NCBI GenBank assembly: GCA_030704615.1
Contig: CM060734.1
Span: 1,116,001 to 1,180,000, forward strand
DNA from: Takakia lepidozioides
Lineage: Eukaryota; Plantae; Bryophyta
Reading direction: 5' to 3'
Length of the DNA stretch: 64,000 bases
Below are positions 13,449 through 26,992 of this stretch, piece by piece. A program made the position numbers and the translations under genes. The stretch's first letter is position 1, and the number at the start of each line of letters is the position of its first letter. Under the pieces are notes generated by a model, which saw only the letters and a program-made list of their open reading frames with translations, had not been told where the DNA came from and did no database searches.

Positions 13449-15246
13449 ATACATACGTCACACTGCACAGCTAGCACAATGGATTTCCTTAAGAATTGAT
13501 AGCATATTTATGGTCATAATTTGTGCTTGATGCGAATGTTGAGAGTTTGAAAAGTGACAGCCCATGGTTATTAGTGGGTGCACTTCAGGGCCTGCCACCT
13601 GCTCAGCTGTAGGACAAGCGTACATCATCAGCCGTGCGATGACTCAACCGTGCAATAACTGCAGCCAGGAGTGAACGTCTGTGTGAGAACTCTGGGGGAC
13701 TTTTCACACAGCAAATCTCAGTTGGAACTTGGAACTCTTATTAAAAGAACTTCATTTGTGCACACTGCAGATACGAGGGAACTCCCCCCTCCGTCTTTCA
13801 CATCAATGCCATTAGTTACCCAGCTCTGTCAGACACCTGCCAGGAATCATCTATATCTAGTCTACCCAAGCTCTGGCAGCTCACGTTTTGCGTAGATTTC
13901 ATTTACTTGGAAGGATGTGGCGGGTACATGCAGTAGATCCTAGGCACGTGGTCTGCCAGGCAGCATTGGCCAACACTAGAATCAAACCGTTAACCAATCA
14001 CCTACACTAATCTAATCACACTTAGGACTATGACGCACGTGATACTAATCAATCCAATCTGCACTCTAAACACCTGCTCATCACAACAAAGAACTTGTAG
14101 TCTCTTGTACAAGAGATAGTTTACTATATTTCCAATCCGTGCCCTGTTGTTTCATCACGCTGGCAGAAGGTTGGTTAGCGTACAAGGGACAATCTAAACA
14201 CACATTTCCTCAGTAGGTAGAGAGCCTGATTGCGGCCGTTTACTTGGCTTCGAAGACGTAGGTAGTGAGAGAGAGAGAGACAGGTGTATATGGGCACAGA
14301 GCCTAAATTCGCTGGGGTCCACATTATATTTCACTTGACCACCTATGCGGGATTCCAGGTGAAGTGTATCCACATCAGAGCCTCCGGAGGTGGGAACTCA
14401 AGTAGAAAAAAGAGCGTTTTACTTACTTCCGGCAAATGATCTCATAAGCGTCCTGCTCTGCATTTAGTCGAATCCATTGTTCCTCCGGCAGAGTTTTCAC
14501 GGGAAACAAGGGAGACTTTGACACATGAAGGTAAACCGTCCATTATGCTTGCAAGCGTGGCCATGAAAATTCTCGATTGCCCTTCAAAAGCTATGGGACC
14601 GTGACTTCCCTCCTCAAAAGGAAGCTCTTTTCAGGAATTGTCCAGCTGCACAGAAGAATCCAAAGACACAAATGCTGTTGCCAGGCGAGAACTTAAGGGC
14701 CTGACGCGTGCCAGGCTTTGGCTGTGTGGCCGGCCCTGCAAGCCACCCAAGGGCCGCGTGGCCTGCAGGGAATCACCATTGTTCATCTCCCAATTAGCAA
14801 GTGCCACAGTCTTGACACTGTGTTGCGGGCGTTAACGTCTTTTGTGGCCATTGAGGAATCTGCGGACTTCCTCCTCCTCCCTTGTTGGAACAACTGCTAA
14901 ACTCGGAAGCAGCACAAAATGTGTGCGCCAGCAATGTACTTTCGCACCCCAAACTAGGGATCCAGTAAGCCAAAACTGGTCTCGTTTGACTGCACGGAAA
15001 GACTCGGAGCAAGTGCCGAAATTCTCCCATGGAACTAAGCTAGAGACTCTTATTACAGGAGCTCTGCATAGTGGACGATTTGAAAGTGTGCATAATCTCA
15101 GACTTTTGGACATGGACCCCTTCTTCTTTTGATGACTCAAGACTCAACCATGACCAGCTTAGGTCCTTTTGTCACTAAAAAGTCAGACTGATCTGGCGTT
15201 GCTTATTAGGTACGTAGTGACAAAACAGCTCTTGCGCAGGCACTAA

Positions 15247-15987
15247 GGACTGGTTTATACAAGGGCCCGGGCCCAAGACCAAGCTAGAAACAAGAAATCT
15301 TATTGGTCAAGAGCCTCAAATCGGGCCCTAGCAGTTTACACAAGGGTCCGGGCACAAGACCAAGAAAATGACATGGCACCAAACTCTTGGGCCCACCCCA
15401 ACAAAAGGAATGCTCCGGATTGAGACCCAACTCTTTCCCTTGGCCCAAGAAACCTACCATTAAGATATATTTTTTAAGCCTATCACAGCTGTAGTATTGA
15501 AACAGATCGTAGATGGGGTTGTACACAGGTAGAGATTAGAGACTCTCTACAGCCACCTAGCAGGCAAGCATTCAACTCAGGTTCTGCCCATACAATCATC
15601 AGCCCTCTCTATTCCATGATGAACACAAACATCATCAACAATCTAGCAAATTACTCGTTTATAAGTTTTATAAGTTGTTGCAATGTCAAAATGGTTGTAA
15701 TCATGCGCTTGAAGGCCATGAAGAGGACCAAGGCCATAAGAATATTATGCCTTCTTGCTTCCAAGAATTGGAGACAATGTGTAGCCGACACAAAATGGTG
15801 GAAAGGGGAAGAGTGGCTGATATTGGTGTAGGTTGGGCCTTAGGCTTGGGCCCAATAGGTTTACACGAAGAGGGCCCAATTCCTTGGAAATTATATTTTA
15901 ATCAGTTCATTCAGCCTGATTGTGGGCCCAAAAGCTCTAGTCTTGGCCCCATGATTTCCTGGGCCTGGCCCTGGTGTAAACCGGCCC
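15247..15987. mobile_element. PIF/Harbinger (Tourist-like) MITE
   Basis: TIR GGACTGGTTTATACAAGGGCC vs (rc) GGGCCGGTTTACACCAGGGCC. TAA TSD at 15244-15246 and 15988-15990. Subterminal GGGCCC motifs. Confidence 0.85.
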
Positions 15988-16461
15988 TAACTCAAGGCAG
16001 CTTGTTGTGTACTCACCTCCTAGTGATGAGTCCTGAGTCCTGACCATACCAACATCTGGATCTGGTTTTTCTTTCATTGGCCGAATTATTCTCTAGTAGA
16101 ATTGCGGATACCCAATTTACAATTTACCTAGTCTGTAATCACTGGACTCCGATTGGGTTAAGATCCGAAACTTGTCCGTGGTTGGCTACCATGTTATTCA
16201 GTCAGCTACTGCGAACAATAATTTGGGAATCTGCCAGGCCAAGGCTCTATGATGGGGCTGAAAGGTTCAATAATGGCACCAGGATTGAGGAGCATAATGA
16301 CTCATCCTTGTCCTTGATGTCGGGCTGGGCCCTTTCTACTTACCGTGTTCCCGTTACCTTTCCTCTTGATGCATTAATGGGCTCATAATAAGTTTCGGCT
16401 AATGTACCGGGTAGGTACTTTGACGGCCCTGTTTGTCTTCTTGTGTGATGATGCTCGTTAT

Positions 16462-17400
16462 TGCAACAAAATATTATGCATTATTTTGGCTAAGATAGTC
16501 AATGCGAACAGGACAGACTGGGATACAAAGCTATTGACAGCTTTGTGGTCATACATGACTTCATATAAAATCACCACCAATTATACACCATTCCAATTAG
16601 TTTATGGTATGGAAGTTTTACTTCCAGTGGAATTCTTATTACCTACCATGAGAACTGAATGGGGGAGGAGAATGGAATTAGAGGATTCAATTAAAGTAAG
16701 GAAACATGAACTATATCATGTGGAAGAAGTACGTGCTGATGCAGCAGATAACATGGCCAGAATTCAGATGAAGAGGAAGGATCAGTTTGATGAAGGTAAA
16801 TTGAAGACTTTTAAGACAGGTGATTTGGTACTGTGGTTGCAGAAGAAGGGGAAGATTAAAGCTTCTAAGCTTAAATCACCATGGAAATGACCTTATATCA
16901 TACAAAAGATGTATGATAACAACACAGTTATGTTACAAACCATTAACAAAGAGATGCTTGGTAGAGTCAATGCCAACAAATTGAAGGGATACAGTGGTAT
17001 CCATGATAGATCATTGCAGCATGATTTGCATCTTGAAACACAGATGTCGTCACAGACTACACCAGTAGCACCAGCGGAGCACAAAGCACTTGTCATAAAG
17101 CTGAGTGTGTATGGCCATAGTAGAGAACACAGGTGTTCACACAGCCATCACAACCCACCACAGTCTACTACAACATATCACAGCCTACCACAGTCTGTCA
17201 CATCCCAACACAAGCAACACAGCCCACACAGGTTGCACAGTCCATAGGGGCAGTGACAAGTGGACACAAGTTAACGTCAGTAAAGTGGCCGGACAGTTTG
17301 GAAGTCAAACTCGGAGAATGTGCCACGCGGATAGAAGGAGAGGGGAGAGTGTTTGAATTCAAATACGTGGCCTAAGGGGCAAATCACTCCGCATTGCATG
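16462..17400 (+). mobile_element. Ty3/Gypsy integrase C-terminal half, polypurine tract and start of a 3' LTR (inverted segment)
   Basis: NKIL..ILAKIVNANRTDWDTKL..ALWSY.T..K.TTNYTPFQLVYG, then FKTGDLVL and KL...WK*PY (GPY/F motif). PPT AGAAGGAGAGGGGAGAG at 17333-17349 is followed by TG at 17350. Confidence 0.8.
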
Positions 17401-17800
17401 TGCCTACCCATTGCCCTGTGGGTAATAGGTTGTACCCTTCCTGTGCACAATCATGAACTCCTTAGTCAACAGTTCAATGGTCTCATTAATGAAATGACTT
17501 CCCTGGTCACTGATAAATTCCAGGGGACAGCCAAATCTTGTGATAATGTTCTCATATAGGAACCTTGCTGTGGACTTAGCTGTGTTGTCCCTCAGAGCCT
17601 TAGCTTCCACCCATTTTGTGGTATAATCAATGGCTGTGATTATATACTTGTTCTGTGTATTCCTGGCTGATGGATTAATTGGTCCAACAAAGTCTAATCC
17701 CCATTTCTGGAATGGTTCAGTAGGCATCGTAGGATGCAAAGCCATCTTCCCAGATCTTTGCAAAGGTCCTAGCCTCGGGCACTCATCACAGCTCTTACAT
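17401..17800 (-). mobile_element. Ty3/Gypsy integrase catalytic core (rve) fragment
   Basis: PFQKWGLDFVGPI...YIITAIDYTTKWVEAKA...RFGCPLEFISDQGSHF...YYPQGNG. Confidence 0.9.
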
Positions 17801-20800
17801 GGACGTTGATCGGGGAAGGCCTCCTGAAATCAATGTATCAAAAACTTCATGTGATGTGCAGTTTCCACATTGGGTTTCATCTGAAAATGAGAGCAGCAAA
17901 TCCTTGGGAGGGTCACTCCCCGTATTTTCAAAACCACATGAGAACAAATATAGGGTGTGATTTATTTTCTTGAGGTAAATTTTAGAAAAGTTCTACTTAG
18001 AAAATATGGTAGGGAAATATCCTTTCACCAATTTTTTTAAAAAGAAGGGTCACCAAAAATTCAGAGTTTTACTTGAAAAAATAATATAATAAAGGCTTTT
18101 ATCTACAGTATAATGTATCCATCCTTGTGAAGTTTCTCATATTTCATCCAGCTTTAGTCCATCTGGATGAAATCAGGTAGAGGTCACTTGAAGTTCAAAT
18201 ATGATTCCAACGATACACAGTGGATTGATGTTGATACCATAATCTCAACAGTGACTATGACATTTGAACCATCTCAAAACTTGTACTCTTTAGATCTAAG
18301 TGATGCTACGGCTTTGAATAAGTTCGTGGCTAATGAAAATTAAACTTTTTCTTGGGTCCGGCATTTGACTTACGTTATATGGAACGTACTTGTTTGTGTA
18401 CATGCTTTGAAATTTTGAATTATTTAAAATGACAATTTAAAATAGGGTATAATTAATTGTTACAAAAGAAAATTATAAAGAAAAATATGGTTTAGAAAAC
18501 AAAGGGTTTTACAATATTACCTAAAGATAGGGTGAAAAAAAATGCAAAATTTTAAAAATATAGCCTAGTATAAATCTACCTTTGTACGTACATATAGTGA
18601 CCCCCCATGAGCAAATCTGGGCTGATCAGCGGCATGAGAGGGCCTGCAGCAGAGGGAGCAGGTCTTGATCAAGATCACTCATCGCAACCTCCTGGAGTAC
18701 AAGGGCTGAAGTGGCCACTTTGCAAAGAAGGTGGAGGTACCTATGCTCTGGTCATTATTGGTCAAACTGGGACAGCTCAAGCCACTCATTACTGGTGTGA
18801 GAAAAGAGAGGAAGAGTGGGTGCCTCATATCACTAGAGAAGTATCACAGATTCAGGGGACAGGTCAGCAAATCAGCACATACAAACTACCAATACCAAAA
18901 GTGAGTGGGGCGGAAGTTGCTCGAACGAGATCTGATATTTGTCATGTGAAAAACAAAAGGAAAAATGGTGAGGGACAACCCAGCAGCAAGTGTGCGCCAC
19001 ATGATGAGAACAAACATGTCACCAAGTTTGTGGCAAGCATGAGAGAGCGATATTGGCTGAATCAGACTGGAAGGGGGGCTGTTTTCATGACTAGGAGGAC
19101 AAGAGTGTCACACCTGAAGTGGGAGTCATTTGTGTGTGGGTCTCGTGGGTGTACTTTAGAAAACAGCTCTTCAGTCAACATTTCTCGGTGGAAGCTATTG
19201 CTGATCCAGGTGAGGGGCTGACCCAAAGATGCAGTCTTGTACCTTTGTATGACTCAGGCTTCAAGGATTGATGCAAATGAAGTATCTTGACAGTGATCAT
19301 GTGCGTAAGGCTGGTCCACGTGGTGACGAATGTGGATTCAACCCAACGGGTGATGACACCATCACTCTTCATCATGGTGAGAGGAATCCATCCAGGGACA
19401 AGCTGATGCAAGACAGGGTTATTGTGTTTTGGAAGCAACAGATCTTTATCATGTGGGACAAAGAGGGCTATCACAAACCGGGAAGATTAAGAGTACATCA
19501 GCTATGGTGGTTGTGATCACCAAGCTATGATTGAGAACGAGGGTCAGAAGGTGGCTGAATTAACAGTTGACGTCAAATTCAAAGGCTTCAATCATGGTAC
19601 ACGTGATGCAAGACCTGAGATGCCAGGGTGCAACATCAGAATTTGGGAAGTGTGGGATGTAAAGGAAGAGACCAGATCTGACCTGTTATTTGGTACGAGG
19701 CAAATTGACATCAAAACAGGTCTACACCAAATCACAACACCAACAACAAACCTGGTGTGTACAAAAAGAAGGCAAAGGGGGACAGTCAATGCTCGAGTTG
19801 AGAGAAGTGGACAGGTCAGACCTGAAATACACCCTGGGATCAGCTCAATCAGCATGAAGGAGAATCAGATCAAGCTTATGACAAAGCAAGTTTTGATCCA
19901 TGTTGGTGGGTGCAATCACACAGTCACACATGGTCTGATATGACAAGAAACTGCTCCTTTGAAATGGTAGGACCAGATGTGGGCATATCTGAGATCACAG
20001 AGCTGAAGCGAAGTCAGGACCAACCTGCCATGAATTATAAGAAAAGAAGGAAGACATGGTGTGCATGAGGTCGAGAGTCACAAGTCAGATTTGCTCTGAA
20101 CTTGGAAGAAGATGGTCTGCAAGGACGCAAACAACTTAAAAAGGGAGACACACTACATATGTAGTGTGATTTCAGCTGCAATCGGCATGCCAGAGGAGTT
20201 GGAATTAAAGAGCTTGAGTGTTTGCTAAGAGTCAGCTGAAGGACTTAACTGAATGTAAAGAGGAATAAACTTTTGAGCCAGGGATGAAAAAGTTAAACAA
20301 TGGATGAAAAAGTTCATCTTTCTTGTTCATGTAATCCTGGTCGATGAGAGAGCTGCTATAGCTCAACGAGCTATTGCCCGATTGAGGAGGCAGTTGCAGG
20401 TTGCCCATACGACATCAAGGAGAAGGGGGCGGTGGGTCTGACAGCCCCTTGGCAATCTGGCTTGATGAGAATCTGAATGAGAGACGGATGCGAATCTGCT
20501 TTGAGTTTAAGTTTTAGAAGGTAGATTCATCAGAGTAGGGAGGTGATAGCCTGGAAGTTATTAGGGTATGGAGCTTGGGGGGTTACCATTGGAGCAGCCC
20601 AAGCGGTGACGGTGGAGCTCAAGGGAGAGAGTAATGGAGGAGACAGCTCGACTGGAGGATGAGGTCAAGGCGGAAATATCTCAGCAAGGCAAATGACGGT
20701 CACTACTGCAAATAGGGGGGGTTAGCGACGCCAGCCGCGATTCCATGCCCGGCGCGGCGCTGAGCGTGCGACGCCCGCACATTTTTGCGACGCCACAACG

Positions 20801-21407
20801 TCGCACAACAGTGCCGCGGCAGCCCTTGCGACGCTGTAGCGTCGCACCACAGCGCCCAGGCGTCGCCCCCCTGCGCTGGGGCCAGCCGGCGACGCCGGGA
20901 CGTCGCAAGGTGGCATGAAGGGCAAGAGGCAGCCCTACTTTGCGACGCCTGATCGTCGCAAGGTGAGGAACCCCCCTTGCCATGCCCGGCCGTCGCATGA
21001 TGGTTTGAAGGGCGAAAAGGCCTCTGCGACGGCCGGGCGTCGCAATGGGGGGTGTTCCGACTGGGTTTTTTGGCTTACGACGGTGGGGGGTCGCCAGAGG
21101 GGGGGGGGGGGTCTCTGTTTTTATTTCTTTGCCCCCCCCCCCTCTCTCTCTCCCTCTCTCCCTCTCTCTCTCTTGGTTGTTAATAGATTTGTTTGCAAGA
21201 TGGCTGTCCCATCCAACGTTTTCAAGGACTTCCACTAATGGGAAGATGCGGACTAGTATTGTGAAGTAAGTGTTCAAGGTCAGCTCAAAAACACAAACAT
21301 CTCATTCCTCAAGGCACTAGTGAAGTGCAAATTGTGCCCAATCTTGAGAGCCCAGCTCCCGACTGTAAGGGTGCTCCCTTGCGCATTGAGGATTCCACAC
21401 TTTGCCA

Positions 21408-21485
21408 GTGGATGGCAACCACACCACCGATGAAGTTCTCATACTCCACATCTTCGAAGCCCGCATTGGCTACCATGGCTGCAAA
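21408..21485 (-). pseudogene. COQ5: Captured C-terminal fragment of a COQ5/UbiE-type methyltransferase inside the CACTA
   Basis: Translates FAAMVANAGFEDVEYENFIGGVVAIH, matching the C-terminal signature of plant COQ5 (F..M..AGF..V.YEN..GGVVAIHS). Confidence 0.75.
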
Positions 21486-21609
21486 CTACAGGTCATTGGG
21501 TGCGACAGAGAGTTAAATGTCGACTATGACACCTAGACATTATTATATGGGAGGAATTGACACCTCCAAAGGATTTTTTTCATTGATAAATCATAAAAAT
21601 AAGCTACTC

Positions 21610-21960
21610 AAGTTTGAGAGCATACTCCAACTTCTGTATACAAGGTACCGGCCTCTTCTCTTCAAGGGAAGGTGGTTCCAGCCACATCTTGTGGGGCCCT
21701 CAGCAACACTAGTGCAAGATGATTGTGGTTTCATGCGCGTCAATGCAGATAGGCTCAACCCTACACATCGTCCATCCGATGAGCCTTTTGCATCGCCTTC
21801 AGACATGGAGCAAGTTTTCTTCTCCAATGACAAAACAAGAGGGGGAAATTGGAAGGTGGTTGTGCATGCTCAGCCTGGAAGAAGACGTATCTATCATGGT
21901 CTCGGATCTTCATGGGGTGAGGCGATTGCGGCGGAGGGAGAGACTGGTCATAATGATGCT
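21610..21960 (+). pseudogene. CACTA transposase C-terminal DUF4216 domain, inverted relative to the rest of TnpD
   Basis: ILQLLYTRYRPLLFKGRWF...DDCGFMRVN...DEPFASPSDMEQVFFSND...WKVV. Confidence 0.8.
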
Positions 21961-24900
21961 GAGAGGGGCCCCTTGCAAGGTCTTGCACCATATCTGAAAC
22001 CACCTCACCTTGAGCAACGGCGTCATAAACTGAAGTCTTGAGCCACTGTTGGAATGAACTTAGAGGCTGCAATTCCACTACAACAGATCGTGGTAGTTAT
22101 GACTGCCAAACCGTGGTAGTCATGGTTTTCTTGACTTTGACCATGACTGCACCATGTTTTTATATGAAATTGACCTCCCGCAGTCGTTCATACGACTGTA
22201 GTCATATGAACGACTATCTAAGTAGTCGTCTGTATGATTACATGGCTCGGGAATAGGCGGAAGGCTGGTCAACGGCAATTGACCAGATTTAGCTCACCAT
22301 TCATAGTCATTTACATGGATGAGGTTACATAGTCATGATGACTACTGGGGATTTTGTAATTTGGTGTGTATAATACAATTAAAACACCATATGATCACAT
22401 GAATGACTAATGGGTGTATTGGTTAGTAGGTAATGAACCATAACTAGTAAAGAGGTTGTAGGTTCAAACTCCTCTAAGTACAATCAAATGGATAAGATGG
22501 CCCTAGGGTTAGTAGGCGAGCTAGGGATAGCACGTGGTACCCTAGATGGGTTGTCATGTGGTTTTTTCATTATTATAAAATGCATTATGCCACGTGGCAC
22601 AATGCGGTGCGACGATGCGTCTGACATAAGTTTTTATTTTATTTTTTATTTTATTTTAAATTTAATTTAATTTAATTTTTTTAATCAATTGCGCCTCGCC
22701 ATGTGGTGCGGCAGCGGCGACTGTAGTATGGTATATATGACTGCAGTGAGAGATATCACTTGATTCATCTGACTGTAATCATCCGGACCGTACCATCATG
22801 TACTCATTGTATTCACTTGGTTTGTACGACTTACAGTCATAGAAGTCATAGTTCTGCCTCCATGCAAGCGTCTCATCCTCTCGTTGCTGAACAAGGTTAT
22901 TGTATCTTGTCTCCCACTCATGTATGGATGGGTTGTTCTTCAGTATGAAGTCATGCGCTTGCTCAGTCACCATGATCGGCAATTTTACCCTCTTCGATTT
23001 TTTGGGCAAAACGATGTCATTGGTTCGTGCATCCTCCTCTTCCTTCCACATCCGAGGGCTTCCTCATCCACCCTTGTCATGTACTTCGTGCAATATAACA
23101 TAGCTTCTTGCAACGTATACCCCTCCGCCATGCTACCCTCCGGGTGCGTCATTTGTCTTACAAATGCTTTCAAAGTCTTCATGTAACGCTCAAGGAAATC
23201 CACCGAGAATGAACGGGGCCGGCAATCAAAGCCTCTTCCACTAAGTGCACTACCAAGTGCACTTGGATGTCAAAGAAGGAGGGATGAAGGTTCATCTCCA
23301 ACATACACATTACCTTCGCCGCCTCTTTCTTCATGCTTGGAAAATCCGCTTCCTCCAACTCTTTGGAGCAAATCCACTGGAACAAGCCTCCCAATCTATA
23401 GATTGTCTTGTGAACCTCGGGAGTCAATGTCCCACGAACTGCAATTGGCAAGATGTCTTGCAAAATATTGTGGTAGTCATGAAACTTCAAACCATGGACC
23501 CCGTCGTCTTCACTGAACTTCATACGGAGGGATGACCCATAACCAGTTGGTGTTTGGATAACACTTATGGTGGCTATCACTTTCTTGTATTCCTCCTTTG
23601 CCAAGGTGCGCACCTATACTTCCCCGTACAACACCCTTTGGGTCCACACCATTTTGTTCGATCCATAGACAGCGCATGCGACCCTGCTCCTCAAGCTCCT
23701 TTCTAACACCGAGAGAATCTCCTTTTGCAGCCACTCCCTTCTTTGCCGGCATGCCATGAAGAACCCGAAAAAAAGGACGATCAGACATTCTTCTCAATAT
23801 GCATGGGCTCTAGAAGATGGCGAATCTTCAGGTCCTACATATACCCCCACCCGCAAATACTTACACAAATATTTTGACATGAAAGTGACAATGTAACTCA
23901 TACAAAATGTGCAATATCACATGCATGCATAAGGATATTGATGGTGTTTTTGTGGAATATGTACCGTCCAATATGGCAACTCGTAGAAGATTGAAAGTTG
24001 CTTCATGTCAGGCACGTCCACTTCACCGACCGTGCCCGCATGGGCCTCCTTCCATTGGTCCTCCCAAAACTGCCCGGATGGTGTCACAGGGGAGGACATA
24101 CTTCCTCTTTGCCATTAAAAAATGTTTATTTCTTCTTCTCCAGCGATGGCTCATAGAAAGAAACTTGCGGTAGTTCGGATACACCATCTTGTGAAGATGG
24201 CGGGAGCTATGTGCATCAGGATCATCGCCACAATGCAAGCATGCATGGTACCCTTTGGTGCTTAGTCCCGAGCAAACCGTTAGTCCTGTACACATCCCGC
24301 CACATTAGCAAAGATAAAAAGTTATCATGTGCATGGCCCATAATGCCATCTACCCAACTAGGGTGCACAAGACTGTCGCCACTACTTCAATCAATCCCAA
24401 TCCTCGTCGATATTATCCGGCCTTGACAAGTGAATGTACGCGGGTTCTTCATGGGGAACATAATATACCTGGATAATCATGCATTGTCCAAAGCAAGATG
24501 CCTCTCATCTGAAAAGATTGTCCGGCCATAGGATCAAGTGAAGCATCCAATGCCGGGACCCCCCTCCTTAAGTTCATCAACTAGAGGTCGCAAGTACGTG
24601 TCCATGTTTTCCACTTGTTTTTTCCCTATGAGACATTCACATCATTGTTTCAATGCTCCACCAATATGCAAATTATACTACATAATGAATTATACGTCTT
24701 ATTCCATGATTATGTCACTCATCAATCTTGCATCCGAATTGCGCTAGAGATCAGAAGATTAATGTAAAGTCTAAGGGAATAATAAGCATGAAATGGGAAC
24801 ACTCACCTGGTACAATGGCAACCAACATGACATGGCCTTTTTTATTGAAAGATATGGAGGGATGTTGTAGTTCACCATGGTCACCGGCCAAGTGGAATGA

Positions 24901-25990
24901 CCACATGACTGGACAGAGTACGGGTTGACCCCATCCAAGGAGAAGCCGAGGTGGACATGTCGTGGGTCCTCCAAGAGAAAAAACCACATCTCTTCAGTAT
25001 GCCTCCATGCTTGTGAATCTTGTGGCCAGCCACCTTTCCCGGGGGCCTCCGATGCGAGGCGTGCCATCTGGGGCTTCGGTACTGTGCCTTCAATCGCGGG
25101 ATGATCGAAAAGTAATGCATTTTCTAGGATGAATTACCCCACGTCCCCCACATGTAATCATCCCATTAGCAACATAATACAACATATTTATGTCTTTCCC
25201 TTTATGCACCCTCTCCCTCATTAGGAAAATAATGATCAAAACCGAACGTCGCTAATATTACTCACTCCTTCCAAAGCCACTCTCTAAACCCTAAACTTTG
25301 TGGAATACACTTTACATGCATTGAGAAGATTAAAGAAAATAATTTCCATGTGAGGGGGAATGGCGCTTATACCTTGCGTGGTACTTTTTTCCCTTGGACA
25401 TCATCCCGATATCGGTCTTTCTTGCACTTTGGACACTTGGTCAGACGTGAATCATCTCCGTAGTATAGGGTTTTATCACATGGACATGCATGAAAAATCT
25501 TATAGCCCATCCCCACAGAGTCCAAGACTTCACGCACCTCTTTCCGCGATCGTGGCATCTTGGATTTCAAGTGTGGAGCAAGGATATAGTCCGCAATAGT
25601 TCACATTATGGCAAACATCCCAACATTACTTATGCCAAATCGAATTTGAAGATTGAGCAAAAGTAAGATTGTTGAAAGTCGACTCACTTTCGCCCCTTCG
25701 TATAAGGGAGTTCTCGCCTCCCTCTCCATGTCATGTGAGGGGGCCATATCCGGATCATCGATTGGCCGGGTTTCCTCTCCATCAGATGCATCAGCGCCCA
25801 CATGATGCATTAAGAGATCCTCCATGGCTTGCACATCCTCCTGGTTAATTCCATCCTCATTGTTGTTGTCACTGTCACTGTCACTGTCATCATCATCATC
25901 ATTCAGTACCGTGGGGGCAGCGTCTCGCCCACGGCTCCCACATGATGTACTTGGGTTGTTTTCGGATGGGGTGCCAAGAGAAAGGACCGG
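21961..25990 (-). pseudogene. CACTA TnpD/Tnp2 transposase (Transposase_21 + DUF4218), intron-containing, disrupted
   Basis: Motifs HACPCD..CPKC..RY, YFSIIPRLK, DSQAWRH, DPRHVHLGFSLDGVNPY..STWPV..YNIPP, GYHACLHC, KFHDYH, PSFFDIQVHLVVHLVEEA..GPVH, ERYMKTLK..PEGSMAEGY, LARGP. Frameshifts and stops present. Confidence 0.9.
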
Positions 25991-26992
25991 GAAGGGAGGG
26001 ACAAAAGCCTGATATGAACAAATGAACATACGGGCATATATTACAATGTGTCCTTGCAACCATACAATTTATTATAAGCGAAATGCAAACAACAACCTTC
26101 AATGTGTGCATGTATCAAATATGTCATTCAGTAATTACATATATGTGCGCAACGTCATGCATGCAAAGTTTAAAACCTCAAAAAAAATCATTTGCCCCCC
26201 CAAGGACGCGTTCACCCTATCAACCAATTTTGTTTATTAATGTGAAAGAAAATCCTCTCATGCCATTCACATGCCATTGCACCCATCAAACGGATGTCGC
26301 TCAAGCTTCATTTTTTTCCCACATGTGAATATGTGTGCAGCACCTGCGATTCAATAGAAAAAAAAAACATTTGCCTCCCCAACGACGCACTCACCCTTGA
26401 ACCAATTTTGAATTATCGAATTTAAAATAAATATTTGCATTTAGAAAATATAGGATTGCGGTCTTGAGGGGCGTAATGATTTTGTTTTTGCTCTATTTTG
26501 TTCTGTGACATCGGGGTTTGCACCACTACATCCATGCAAAAAATTGGACAAAAAATAAAAAATAAATAAAAAATGTGTTTCTAGGGTCATGTTTGCAGAA
26601 CTCTCTATGAAGAGTATATGAAGTTGAAAATAACTCAATTTTGGAGTGCAAATGAGAAAAGAAAATATGGTTCTGGGTCCAAATGACTTTTGTTTACTCC
26701 CAAATTTTGCACGCACATTGCATCTGTTGTCATTAAGCATATGGCTTTAGAATGGAATAAAAAAAAAATCATGTGCAGGCGAAATGCAATTTTCCGTCTC
26801 TACGACACGTAGCTGCGTTCAACACTTGAATGACCCATTTGAACTTGGTTCAAGCTCATATTTGGTCTACACGTGCATAAGTATGTTTAGATCACATATA
26901 CAAAGTCGCAACCCACACGAGCGACAATATTTACATCAATCGATTAATCGGATGTATACAAAGTACATCATGAGAATATCTACAATGCCCCT

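Noticed and set aside
14230-15150. Exon-like minus-strand stretches
   Set aside because: All frames are interrupted and no motif was recognised.
18607-20700. 204-aa and 138-aa ORFs; suspected decayed retroelement into which the CACTA inserted
   Set aside because: No gag, protease, integrase or RT motif was identifiable in the frames I read.
20681-21277. 198-aa ORF, and similar ORFs at 28639-28996, 33350-34176 and 40963-41595
   Set aside because: By-products of GC-rich subterminal repeats, not genes.
22410-22480. tRNA-like A/B boxes (also near 9890-9940)
   Set aside because: No cloverleaf; at most degenerate SINE-like relics, so not called tRNA genes.
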